A stretch of 64,000 nt of DNA from Acidobacteriota bacterium (GTDB lineage: Bacteria > Acidobacteriota > UBA890 > WLXD01), in NCBI GenBank assembly GCA_965248695.1, contig CBDFKD010000002.1:4608001-4672000 (forward strand), read 5' to 3'. The notes under the pieces were generated by a model. It was not told the DNA's origin and ran no database searches. It was given only the letters and a program-made list of their open reading frames with translations. Positions 19,367 to 31,000 of the stretch are shown here, piece by piece (position 1 is the stretch's first letter; each line of letters starts with the position of its first letter). Made by a program: the position numbers and the translations under genes.

Positions 19367-20596
19367 CTAGTCGATCGTGAAGCGCAGCGCCGTGTGGGCA
19401 CGGCGCAGCACAGATTCGACGGCGTCTGGTGTTTCTGCGCGCGCGAAGATGAACCCCAAGTACTGGTTGCCTTCCGGCAGCGGTACGACCGCTTGGCCGC
19501 GGAGGATCGAGATCGTGACCTCCTCGATACCGATGATCGAACGCGCTGTCTCCAGACCCTCGACACCGCGCAGTGTCCCGGCGTAGGGGATCGGGATCAT
19601 CATCACGCCAGCCGCGGCCGACTCACGACTCAGGTCGTCGACGCCGTATCCCAGCGCGGCTCGGAGTATCAGCTCCTCGAGGCTGATCCCGGTACCGAAT
19701 CGCAGTACGCGGCCGCAGCGGCCGCCAATGCTCCGCGGCGCGACCTCGAGCACGGTCGCCTGACCGTCGTGCAGACGAACCTCGGCGTGGATCGGCCCGT
19801 GGCTTAGCCCGAGGGCGACGATGGCAGCCTCGGTAGCAGCAACTACGGTGCGCCGGTGCTCGTCCGGCAGGCGTGAGGGCGTCGTGTAGAGGGTCTCCTC
19901 GAAGAACGGACCTTCGAGTGGATCCGGTTTGTCGAAAACTGCCAGCACCTGCATGACGCCGCCCATCAGCAGCCCTTCGACGGCGACCTCCGTGCCAGGC
20001 AGGTAGCTTTCGATCAGCAGCTGGTGACCCGCGATCGGAGCGCGCTGGCGGATCTCCGGTGTGTCGAGCAGTGCGGTAATGCGCGCCGCTGCACCCAGCA
20101 GCTGTTCTGCGGAATCGACTCGGATGACCCCGCGCGAAGCCGACAGGAACGTTGGCTTGATGACGCACGGGTAGGGCACTTCGGTTGCCAGACGATCAAT
20201 CTGCGTGCCGGTCGCACCCCAGTACTTCGGACCCGGGAGCCCCGCCGCGTCGAGTCGTTGCCGAAAGAGAAGCTTGTCGCCTGCCGTGGCGACGGCCTGC
20301 GGCGGATTACCCGCGAGTCCCAGGTCGGCGGCCGCCGCGGCTGCCAGCAGCATCGTCTCCTCGTCCGGTCCGAGGATCGCGTCCAGCGGCTGTTCGTCGT
20401 GATGCGCGGCGATTGCTCGACTGGTTCCGTCCAGATCGGCGAAGTCGAGGGTCAACGTTGCCGTTCCGGGCAAAGACTCCAGTGCCTGCCGACGGTTGGT
20501 ACCGATCACCACTTCGGCGCCCACCCGGTCGGCCGCTGTCAACAGCGCTTCGGCCCGGTAGGTGGTGGCCGGGATCAGGATGAGAACCCTGGGCAT
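19367..20596 (-). CDS. ATP-grasp domain protein (L-amino-acid ligase-like)
   Basis: DKLLFR, YPCVIKP..SASRGV, LIESYLPG.EVAVEG, HAEVR, LEVAPRSIGG. Confidence 0.88.
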   Translation of the reverse strand: MPRVLILIPATTYRAEALLTAADRVGAEVVIGTNRRQALESLPGTATLTLDFADLDGTSRAIAAHHDEQPLDAILGPDEETMLLAAAAAADLGLAGNPPQAVATAGDKLLFRQRLDAAGLPGPKYWGATGTQIDRLATEVPYPCVIKPTFLSASRGVIRVDSAEQLLGAAARITALLDTPEIRQRAPIAGHQLLIESYLPGTEVAVEGLLMGGVMQVLAVFDKPDPLEGPFFEETLYTTPSRLPDEHRRTVVAATEAAIVALGLSHGPIHAEVRLHDGQATVLEVAPRSIGGRCGRVLRFGTGISLEELILRAALGYGVDDLSRESAAAGVMMIPIPYAGTLRGVEGLETARSIIGIEEVTISILRGQAVVPLPEGNQYLGFIFARAETPDAVESVLRRAHTALRFTID

Positions 20597-20700
20597 GGCG
20601 CGAAGGATAGCCCACCGGTGCGCAGCCGGTTCTGACGCCTGGGGGAATACAGTATCCTGCGCAGCTGCAAGCACTTGAGGCATCTGCTACGCAGGGACGG

Positions 20701-21360
20701 ATGGGCAACGCTCGCGAACGAAAGGCGAAGAGATACGCTGCCGACCTGGTGCACGAGTTATTCGAGGCGCGGGTCGAGCAGGAGCCTGAAGCGAGGGCGC
20801 TGGAAGGGAACGGGGAGCAGCTCAGCTACGCGCAGCTGGAGCGGCGCGCCAATCGACTCGCTCCATCACCTGCTGGAGTGCGGCGTCGGTGCCGAAACGC
20901 GAGTGGGACTGCTTCTGGAGCGGTCCCCGAACATGGTCGTAGGCGGTGCTGGCCGTGCTCAAGGCCGGTGGCGCCTACTTGCCGCTGGATCCCTCGTATC
21001 CCGAGGCCCGGGTGCGCTTCATGCTCGAGGACGCTTCGGCGGGTCTGTTGGTGTCCGAGGGGCAACTCACCGATCGGATACCGGGCGAGCTTTGCTGCCC
21101 TGTCGTGTTGCTCGACGCGGCGGCGACGCAGATCGAAGGTTGCCCGGCCGAACCGCCCGACGTCGAGATCCATCCGGAACAGCTCGCCTACGTTATGTAC
21201 ACCTCGGGATCGACCGGAACCCCGAAGGGTGTCGGGGTACCTCACCGGTCGCTGAGCAACCATACGCGCAGCGCCCGGCGCGCCTACCAGATCGAGCCAG
21301 GCGATCGGGCTCTGCAGTTCGCCTCGCTGACTTTCGATATCAGCGTTGAGGAGAATCTTC
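20701..21360 (+). pseudogene. NRPS module-1 adenylation domain, N-terminal part, broken by three +1 insertions (possibly assembly errors)
   Basis: LSYAQL (A1), LKAGGAYLPLD (A2), YVMYTSGSTGTPKG (A3) lie in three frames. Extra bases near 20862, 20942 and 21354 relative to the intact paralogous copy starting at 28356. Confidence 0.85.
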
Positions 21361-22067
21361 CCGACGCTGATGGCCGGCGCGGCGCTGGTGCTGCGCGACG
21401 AGGAGCTGTCGATCGGGTTGTTCTTGCGGCAGCTGTGCCAACGCCGGATCACGGTGCTGAATCTGCCGACCGGCTATTGGCACGAGCTGGTGGCCGAGCT
21501 CGGGCGCTCGGGCGAGCCGCTACCGGCCGGCCTGCGGCTGGCGATCGTCGGGGGCGAGGCAATGCGCGCCGACCGTGTTCGCGCCTGGACGAAGATCGCC
21601 GCGCGCCGCGCCCCGAGCGCACGGTTGGTGAACAGCTACGGACCCACGGAGGCGACGGTCGTGGCAACGCGGTGGACGGCGCCCGAGGAAATAGCCGACG
21701 GCAACGGTGCGGCGACGGTGCCGATCGGCCGACGGATCTACAACGTCAGGGTGTACGTGCTGGACGATGCCATGCGGGTGTGCCCGGTTGGCGCCGTTGG
21801 CGAGCTGTACATCGGCGGGCTGGGGGTGGCGCGCGGCTATCTGAACCGTCCCGGCCTGACCGCCGCCAGCTTCGTGCCCGATCCCTTCGGCCCCTCGAGC
21901 GGCGATCGGGGCGGGCGCCTGTACAAGACCGGCGATCGGGTCCGCTACCGCCCGGACGGCGAGCTCGAGTTTCTCGGCCGCATCGACGACCAGGTCAAGA
22001 TCCGCGGCTTCCGTATCGAGCTCGGCGAGATCGAAGCCGCCCTCCGCGATCACCCAGGAGTTACCGA
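20740..22067 (+). repeat. Copy 1 of a ~1.3-kb direct duplication (A domain, module 1)
   Basis: Near-identical nucleotide sequence to 28356-29680 by visual alignment. Confidence 0.92.
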
Positions 22068-25029
22068 GACCATCGTCGTCGCCCGCGACGCGCCTTCCGG
22101 AGCTCGCGAGCTGGCCGCGTACATCACGGCCGATCCCGGGGAGACTGCCGACGCATCCGAGAGGGACGGGTGGTGCCACGCCCACGTCGAAGCCAGCCAG
22201 GTGATCTACGAGGAGGCATACAGTCGGATTTCAGCCGGTATCGATCCCGAGCTCAACACCGTCGCATGGAACAGCAGTTACACGAACCGACCTATCCCGG
22301 CCGACGAAATGAGCGAATGGGCGTTGGGAACCGTCGAGCGCATCGAGGCGATGTGCCCGGATCGAGTCCTCGAAATCGGCTGCGGCACAGGAATGCTGCT
22401 GCTCCGCCTAGCACCTCGGTGCTCGCGCTATATGGGCACTGATTTCTCGCGGGCGGTTCTGGGGTGGCTCTCCGATCACGTCGGCCACCTGCCTCAGGTG
22501 GAGCTGTCGTGCTGTGATGCCGCCGATCTATCCGTCGGGGGCCGGGGAAGGTTCGATACGGTGATTATCAACTCGGTCACGCAGCATTTCCCGAGCGCCG
22601 ACTACCTGCTTCGCGTCCTGGAGGGCGCGATTGACAGTACTGAGATCGGCGGCTCCATTTTTGTTGGTGACGTTCGGAGTCTGCCGCTGCTCGAAGCCTT
22701 CGCTACGTCGGTGAAGTTCTTCCAGGCCGACGACGAGCTGTCCCTGCGCGCTCTGCGCGATCAGATCGACCGGCGCGTGCTCGGCGAGCAGGAGCTGGTC
22801 ATCGATCCGCGTTTTTTCTCGGCCCTCAAGCTCCGTCAACCGCGCATCCGCGAAGTGCACGTGTGGCTGAAGCCCGGCCGTGCCGACAACGAGATGACCC
22901 GATTTCGGTACGACGTCGTGATGCGCCTCGACGAGAAACCGCCGGCACAGTCTGCCAGTGTCGTCGATTGGAGCGACGAGATCCGGAGCTTGGCGAGTCT
23001 CGGGGAGCGGCTGACCACCGAGGCACCGGATGTTCTGCACGTTCGCGGCATCCCGAACCGCAGGGTTGGCACCGACATGGCGATCCTCGACGCGCTCTCC
23101 GCAAACGAGAGCTCCCGAACAGTCGGAGATTTGCGCCGGCAGCTAGGACGACTCGTGCGGGACGGCGTCGATCCCGAAGAGCTCCGCAGCCTCGGGCGCC
23201 GATATGGATACCATGCCCGAACCACGTGGATTCGCGCCGACCCGCGCGGAGCCTACGAGGTCGTTCTCGTGCCGGGGCAGAATGGGCAGGCCAGGATCCC
23301 GCCGTGCGCGCTCTCTGAACGTGCAAGTGTGCCGCTGCGTTCGCTGACCAACGACCCTCTGCGAGCCAGAACGGCGGGCGCTCTGGTCCCGCGGCTCAAG
23401 CGCCATCTGCGTAGCGTCTTGCCCGAGTACATGGTTCCTCCGTCGATCGTGGTGCTCGGCGATCTGCCGCGCTCGGCAAGCGGGAAGGTGGCCGTCGAGG
23501 CACTGCCGGCGCCCGACGGGACGCGCCCCGATCTCGGCGCGGAGTTCGTCGCCTCGAGCTCGACGATCGAGAAGACGCTGGTTGAGATCTGGGGCGAGGT
23601 GCTGGGGCTCGAAGCGATCGGTATCCACGACAACTTCTTCGATTTAGGAGGGCACTCGCTTGCCGCGACGCGGGTCGCATCTCGTTTGCGCGATCGCCTT
23701 GGGCGCGACGTCCCCCTGAGCGACCTTTTCGACCGGCCAACCGTGGCGGATCTGGCGCGTCACGTCGAGATGCTCCAAGGATCGCCGGACACCGCACGAC
23801 GGACGCCGCCGCTCGAGCGCGCCGATCGTGCCGTTCCCCTGCCGCTTTCGTTCGCGCAACAACGCCTTTGGTTCCTCGATCAGGTCGACCCGGGCAGCCC
23901 GGCGTACAACGTGCCCGACGCGGTGCACATGAGCGGACATCTCGAGGTTGCCGCGCTGAAAAGGGCGTTGGCCGCGATGGTGGCTCGCCATGAAATCCTG
24001 CGGACCACGTTTCCGGCGGCCGACGGGGAGCCATATCAGCACATCGCTTCCGGTGGCGCGACGGAGCTGCGGGTCGTCGACCTCTCGAAGCTTCCCGAAC
24101 ACGAGCGTGCGTCGGCCGCTCGACGAGCTCTGGAAACCACGGCAACCGCACGATTCGACCTGAGCGGTGGACCGCTGTGGCGCGCCACACTGGTTCGATA
24201 CAGTGCGACGCGGCACACCCTGTTGCTGACGCTGCACCACATCCTCACCGACGGGTGGTCGCAAGCGGTCTTTTTTTCTCAGCTCGCCGACCTCTACGAA
24301 GCGTTCGTGGAAAATCGCCAGCCTCCGCGGGTCGAGCTTCCGGTGCAGTACGCCGACTTCGCCGCCTGGCAACGCAGAATGCTGACCGGCAAGGCGCTCG
24401 CTCCACTGGTCGATTATTGGACCGACCAGCTCGCCGGCCTTCCCGCTCTCGAACTGCCGACCAACCGGCTGCCCGACGAGGCGCATGGATCGGCTGCCCT
24501 TCGACATCGCTTCCGGCTGCCGGTTGCGTCGGCGCGCCGCCTGGCGGATCTCGGTCGGCGCCACGACTGCACCCTGTCGATGACACTGACCGCAGCCTTC
24601 ATGGCGCTCTTGCAGCGGTTTACAGGACAGAACGACTTCGCCATCGGAACGCCGGTGTCCAACCGCAATCGACGGGAGCTAGACGATCTCGTCGGTAACT
24701 TCGTGAACCTCTTGGTGTTGCGAGCCGACCTGGAGGGTGATCCGACGTTCGACGATCTGCTGGCACGCGTACGGCGAACGACACTGGCGGCCTTGGAGCA
24801 TCAGGAGCTGCCCTTCGAAAGGCTCGTTGAACAGCTCCATCCGCGACGCGACGGCTGGCGCAATCCGCTGTTCCGGGTCTCGTTCGCGCTCCAGGACCGC
24901 CCGCCGCCGGCTCGCGAGCTGAGTCAGCTGTCGATGCGCCTCGAACCGTTCGAGGCGTGTTCGTGCACGACGGAAGACTCATCGATGCGACCACGGTGGC
25001 CAGCATGGCCAGTCACTTCGTCAACCTGA
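21346..25029 (+). CDS. NRPS part: A(C-terminal)-N-methyltransferase-PCP-C
   Basis: NSYGPTE, YKTGD, QVKIRGFRIELGEIE; MT motifs VLEIGCGTG and NSVTQHFPS; PCP FFDLGGHSL; C domain HHILTDGWS. Confidence 0.92.
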   Translation: MRRIFPTLMAGAALVLRDEELSIGLFLRQLCQRRITVLNLPTGYWHELVAELGRSGEPLPAGLRLAIVGGEAMRADRVRAWTKIAARRAPSARLVNSYGPTEATVVATRWTAPEEIADGNGAATVPIGRRIYNVRVYVLDDAMRVCPVGAVGELYIGGLGVARGYLNRPGLTAASFVPDPFGPSSGDRGGRLYKTGDRVRYRPDGELEFLGRIDDQVKIRGFRIELGEIEAALRDHPGVTETIVVARDAPSGARELAAYITADPGETADASERDGWCHAHVEASQVIYEEAYSRISAGIDPELNTVAWNSSYTNRPIPADEMSEWALGTVERIEAMCPDRVLEIGCGTGMLLLRLAPRCSRYMGTDFSRAVLGWLSDHVGHLPQVELSCCDAADLSVGGRGRFDTVIINSVTQHFPSADYLLRVLEGAIDSTEIGGSIFVGDVRSLPLLEAFATSVKFFQADDELSLRALRDQIDRRVLGEQELVIDPRFFSALKLRQPRIREVHVWLKPGRADNEMTRFRYDVVMRLDEKPPAQSASVVDWSDEIRSLASLGERLTTEAPDVLHVRGIPNRRVGTDMAILDALSANESSRTVGDLRRQLGRLVRDGVDPEELRSLGRRYGYHARTTWIRADPRGAYEVVLVPGQNGQARIPPCALSERASVPLRSLTNDPLRARTAGALVPRLKRHLRSVLPEYMVPPSIVVLGDLPRSASGKVAVEALPAPDGTRPDLGAEFVASSSTIEKTLVEIWGEVLGLEAIGIHDNFFDLGGHSLAATRVASRLRDRLGRDVPLSDLFDRPTVADLARHVEMLQGSPDTARRTPPLERADRAVPLPLSFAQQRLWFLDQVDPGSPAYNVPDAVHMSGHLEVAALKRALAAMVARHEILRTTFPAADGEPYQHIASGGATELRVVDLSKLPEHERASAARRALETTATARFDLSGGPLWRATLVRYSATRHTLLLTLHHILTDGWSQAVFFSQLADLYEAFVENRQPPRVELPVQYADFAAWQRRMLTGKALAPLVDYWTDQLAGLPALELPTNRLPDEAHGSAALRHRFRLPVASARRLADLGRRHDCTLSMTLTAAFMALLQRFTGQNDFAIGTPVSNRNRRELDDLVGNFVNLLVLRADLEGDPTFDDLLARVRRTTLAALEHQELPFERLVEQLHPRRDGWRNPLFRVSFALQDRPPPARELSQLSMRLEPFEACSCTTEDSSMRPRWPAWPVTSST

Positions 25030-28000
25030 TGACCGCCGTGCACGACGAATCCGACCGCCCTCTACGAACCCTCGACCTACTGTCTGAAACCGAGCGGCAC
25101 CGGGTCCTGGTCGAGTGGAACGATAGCAAGGTCGCCCATCCGACCGCCGGCTGTGTGCATCGAGCTTTCGAGGATCGCGCCCGCGAGTGCGGCGGTGCGA
25201 TTGCGGTCGTCGACAACGGCACGCACATCACTTTCGCCGAGCTCAACCGGCGTGCCAACCGACTGTCCCATCATTTGACCGGTCTCGGGATCGGTTCCGG
25301 AGCTCAAAGGGTCCGCCCGGATCTCCTCGTGGGGCTGCTGCTCGAGCCTTCTGTAGAGCTGGTGATCGCGCTACTGGCCGTCGTCAAGAGCGGTGCAGCC
25401 TATGTGCCACTCGATGCCAGGTTGCCCCCAGATCGTCTCCGTGCAATCGCCAACGAGGCCGGGCTGGCCGCCGTGCTGACCGCCGGCCCGCTACCCGAGC
25501 TCTTCGACGATTTGGTGTCGGCCTGCGCCGTCGATCTTGTCGGTGATGCTGCGCTGATCGCGGCGAACCCGTGCGACGACCCCACGACCGCAGTGGCTGT
25601 CGATTCGCCCGCGTACGTGCTGTTCACCTCGGGCTCGACCGGTAGACCCAAGGGTGTGGTCGTGCATCACCGAGCGCTCACCAACCACATGCAATGGATG
25701 GAACGCGCTTTTCCGTTGACCGCTGCCGACCGGGTCCTGCAAAGGACACCCTTCAGCTTCGACGCATCCGTATGGGAGTTCTGGGCACCCCTGATGGCCG
25801 GGGCCACACTGGCAATGGTGCCGCGCGGCGCGCACCGGGAACCGGGAAGCCTCGCTCGAGTGCTCGATGAGCATCGCGTCACGGTAATGCAGGTCGTGCC
25901 AACGTTGCTCGAGCTTTTGATCGACGAACCAGCCGCGTGCCAGTACTTGAAGACGATGTTTTGTGGTGGTGAGCCGCTCCCGGTCGAGCTCGCGCGGCGC
26001 TACTTGGCTAGCGGCTGGGGAGCACGGTTGATCAACCTTTACGGTCCGACAGAAACGACCATCGACGCGAGCTTTCATACCGTCGAGGCGCTGCCGGCCG
26101 GGGGCACCGTGCCCATCGGGCGGCCCATCGACAACGTGACGCTCTACGTTCTGGACGCCGACCAGAGATTGGCACCCCCCGGGGCGCGGGGCGAGCTGTA
26201 CATCGGCGGCGCCGGTGTCGGGCAGGGCTATCTCCGGCAACCGGGTTTGACTGCCGAGCGCTACCTGCCCGACCCGTACAGCCACAAGGCCGGGAGCCGC
26301 ATGTATCGGACCGGCGATCTCGTGCGCCGCCTCGCCGACGGCAACATCGAATTCCTCGGGCGGATCGACGCGCAGGTCAAGGTGCGCGGCTTCCGCATCG
26401 AGCTCGGCGAGATCGAAGCCGTGCTGCAGACACACCCGGGCGTGCACGGCGCCGTGGCTTCGGCGCGCGAAGACCGTCCGGGAGACAAGCGTCTGGTGGC
26501 ATACGTGGTGGTCGCTGAGGAGCAGCCGACGGCTGCCGAGCTGCGCGCACATATGAAGACGAAGCTTCCGCTGTACATGGTGCCCGCGACGTTCGTGACC
26601 GTCGAGGCGTTTCCGCTCCTGCCGAGCGGCAAGGTAGACCGCCGGTCGCTGCCCGCCCCCGGCATCACGCAGCGCAGCACCGCGGTCGCCTACGTGGCCC
26701 CGCGCACAGCCGAAGAGGAGCCATTGTGCGAAATCTGGCGCGAATGCCTCGGTCTAGAGAGGGTGGGGGTGCACGATGATTTCTTCGAGCTCGGAGGGCA
26801 TTCGTTACTAGCGACGCAGGTGATCTCCCGGATCCGGAAAGGGTTCGGCGCCGAGGTTCCGCTGCGCAGCATCTTCGAAAACCCGACCGTCGCCGAGCTC
26901 GCCGAGGAGATCCAGCGTACCGGGCACGCCGAGGTCCGAGCCGACGCTGATATCGAGCCAAGAGCTCGAACCGGTGACTTGCCGCTATCGTTCGCGCAGC
27001 AGCGCCTGTGGTTCCTCGACCAACTCGAGCCCGGGACGACGCTGTACAACGCTCCCGAGGCGTTTCGCTTGCGCGGCCCGCTGGACCCGGGCGCTTTGGA
27101 GGCCGCGCTGTGTGAGATCGTGCGCCGCCATGAGGCGTTGCGAGCGACGTTTCCGAGCCGCGGCGGGGTGCCGTATGCCTCCATTGCCGCGGAGCCGGAC
27201 TTCGTGTTGCATCGCACCGACGTATCCGGGGACGGCGATCCCGACGGCGATGTTCTACGTTGCATCCAACGGAAGATAGCCACTCCCTTCGAGCTCGATC
27301 GAGGTCCTCTGCTTCGAGCGGCGTTGCTGCGCTGCGGCGCCGACGATCACGTTCTGCTGCTTAACCTCCATCACATCGTTACCGATGGATGGTCGCAGCG
27401 AGTTCTCTACAGCGAGCTCAGGGCGCTCTACGAGGACTTCGTCGCCGGCCAACCCTCCCGTTTGTCAGATCCTACCGTCCAATACGCGGACTTCGCCGCG
27501 TGGCAGCGGGAGTGGCTACGCGGCGACACGCTGCAGCGACAACTCGACTATTGGCGTTGCCAACTGCGTGATCTGCCGATGCTGGAGCTTCCTACCGACC
27601 GGCCCCGACCCAAGGTCCAAAGCCACAGGGGAGGCGGTCACTCATTCGAGCTCTCCGCGCAGCTAACGCGGCGGCTTCGTGCCGTGGCCGTACAGCACCG
27701 ATCGACGCCCTTCATGATCGCCCTGGCGGCGTTCTACCTGCTCCTGCACCGATACTCCGGGCAGGACGACTTCGCGATCGGTATTCCGATCGCCAATCGC
27801 AATCGGCGGGAGATCGAGGACCTCATCGGGTTCTTCGTCAACATGCTCGTGATCCGCGTTGACCTCGGCGGCGACACAACCTTCGCCGAGCTCCTGGCGC
27901 GCGTCCGAGAAACAACTCTCGATGCCTATACCCATCAGGATCTGCCCTTTGAGAAACTGGTGGATGAGCTCGAGACGGTTCGCGACACGTCACGCAGCCC

Positions 28001-31000
28001 GCTCTTCCAGGTTTCCTACACCCTGGATGACGAGCTCGCCTACGGTTCGCGTAGCGATCGACTCGAGCTCATGGATATCGATTCCGAGCCGTTCGACTTG
28101 GAGCTCCGGCGTTGTTTGTTTGATCTCGAGCTCGTCGTCTGGGCCGAAGACGAGAGCCTGCGTGGGCAATTTATGTACGCCGCCGAGCTTTTCGAAGCCA
28201 CGACGATCGCGGCGATGGCCGATAGCTTCGAGACGTTGCTCGAAGCGGTGATCGAGGCCCCTGAACGGCCCCTGCGCGAGATTGATCTTCTCAGTCCAAC
28301 CGAACGGCGCACGCTCCTTGTGGAATGGAATGACACCAGGCGGGATGAGCCTCGCGCCGACCTGGTGCACGAGTTGTTCGAGGCGCGGGTCGAAGAGGAC
28401 CCTGAAGCGAGGGCGCTGGAAGGGAACGGGGAGCAGCTCAGCTACGCGCAGCTGGAGCGGCGCGCCAATCGACTCGCCCATCACCTGCTGGAGTGCGGCG
28501 TCGGTACCGAAACGCGGGTGGGGCTGCTTCTGGAGCGCTCGCCGAACATGGTCGTCGCGGTGCTGGCCGTGCTCAAGGCCGGTGGCGCCTACGTGCCGCT
28601 GGATCCGACCTATCCGGAAGCCCGAGTGCGCTTCATGCTCCAGGACGCCGCGGCGGCTCTGTTGGTGTCCGAGGCGCATCTGACCGATCGGGTCCCGGGC
28701 GAGCTTTCCTGCCCCGTCATCTTGCTCGACGCTGCGGCGACGCAGATCGAAGCTTGCCCGGCCGAGCCGCCCGATGTCGAGACTCATCCGGAACAGCTCG
28801 CTTACGTCATCTACACTTCCGGATCGACCGGCACGCCGAAAGGCGTCGGGGTGCCGCATCGGTCGCTGAGCAACCATACGCGCAGCGCCCGGCGCGCCTA
28901 CCAGATCGAGCCAGGCGATCGGGTTCTGCAGTTCGCCTCGTTGAGCTTCGATATCAGCGTCGAGGAGATCTTCCCGACGCTGATGGCCGGCGCGACGCTG
29001 GTGCTGCGCGACGAGGAGCTGGCGGCCGGCTTGTTCTTGCGGCAGCTACGCGAACGCCGGATCACGGTGCTGATCCTGTCGACCGGCTATTGGCACGAGC
29101 TGGTGGACGAACTCGAGCGCTCGGGCGAGCCGTTACCGGCTGCTCTACGGTTGGCGACCGTCGGTGGCGAGGCGATGCGCCCCGACCGTGTCCGCGCCTG
29201 GACGAAGATCGCTGCACGCGGCGCCCCGAGCGCGCGGTTGGTGAACGGGTACGGACCTACGGAGGCGACGGTCGTGGCAACACGGTGGACGGCGCCCGAG
29301 GAAATAGCCGACGGCAACGGTGCGGCAACGGTGCCGATCGGCCGACCGATCGACAACGTCAGCGTGTACGTGCTGGACGACGCCATGCGGGTGTGCCCCG
29401 TGGGCGCCGTCGGCGAGCTGTATATCGGCGGGTTGGGAGTGGCGCGTGGCTATCTGAACCGTCCCGGCCTGACCGCCGCCAGCTTCGTGCCCGACCCCTT
29501 CGGTCCGTCGAGCGGTGATCGGGGCGGACGCCTGTACAAGACCGGCGATCGGGTCCGCTACCGCCCGGACGGCGAGCTCGAGTTTCTCGGCCGCATCGAC
29601 AACCAGGTCAAGATCCGCGGCTTCCGCATCGAGCTCGGCGAGATCGAAGCCGGCCTCCGCGATCAGCCAGGAGTTACCGAAGCGACCGTTGTCGCCCGCC
29701 TGGACCATCCCGGCGGTCGTCTCGCAGCGTATGTCGTCGCGACGCCCGGCGAGACCCCGTCGAGACAAGAACTGCGTCGATTCGCGAGAACGCGACTCCC
29801 CGATTACATGGTGCCGTCGACGTTCACGGTTCTCACGGAGTTGCCGCTCACACCCGCCGGCAAGGTGGACCGCGCTGCCTTGCCGCAACCAGACCAGGGC
29901 GCGCCGGAAGAGACTCCTGCGGTGCCCCGAACAGCCACCGAGGAGCTGTTGGCCGGCATCTGGTGCCGGTGCCTCCGGGTGGACCAGGTCGGGATCCACG
30001 ACAACTTCTTCGAGCTCGGCGGCCACTCGCTGCTGGCAACGCAGGTGATCTCCCGAATCCGCTCGCTATTCGGCGTCGAGCTACCGATCTTGACGTTGTT
30101 CGATCGACCGACGGTGGCGCAACTGGCGAAAAGACTGGACGACGGCGACGACGCGCTGCGAGCGGCAGAGTCCGATCTCATCGCTCGGCGCTCGGACGCG
30201 AGCGAGACTCCGCTGTCTTTCTTCCAGGAGCGCCTGTGGGCCCTCGATCGGCTGACGCCAGGCAGCTCTATCTACCATGTCCGCGAAGCGATGCGGCTGT
30301 CCGGCCCCCTCGATATCGGGGCCCTGTGGCGAGCGTTTGGGGCGATCGTGCGTCGCCACGACGCGTTGCGCACGATTTTCCCGTGCCACGACGGGACGGT
30401 GTATCAGGCGGTCGCCGAGCCCGGGGAAATAGAGCCCCGCGTCGTTGATCTGTCTGGGTTGCCGACCGGGGAGCGCGAGGCTGCCGCATCGCGCCATTTG
30501 CGGGAAGCGGCGGAGGTTCCTTTCGATCTGGCACGCGGTCCTTTGTTGCGCGCCACGCTCCTGCGCTGTGGCCCCGAAGAGCACATCCTGCTCCTCGTGT
30601 TTCACCACCTCGTCACCGATGCGTGGTCGGCAACGATCCTGCTAAGGGAGCTCGAGACCTTCTATACCGGTCTTACCAACGGCGGGTCGCCGGCCGTCGG
30701 CGAGTTGCCACTGCAGTACCCTGATTTCGCCGACTGGCAACGCCGCCGCTTCCGGGGTCAGGTCCTGGAGGAGCAACTCTCCTACTGGGGCCGGCAGCTG
30801 ACGGGTCTCCCCGAGCTGAGACTTCCCTACGAAGAACCGAGCTCCACGGTGCGCAGCTATCACGGTGCAGAGCTACCGTTCCGGGTGTCTCGGGAGGCCA
30901 CACGCAAGGTCGAAGAGCTTGGCCGTGAGTACGGATGCACCGCGTTCATGTCGGTAGCGGCAGCACTTGCCGTCGTGCTGCACGGCTACTCGCGGCAGGT

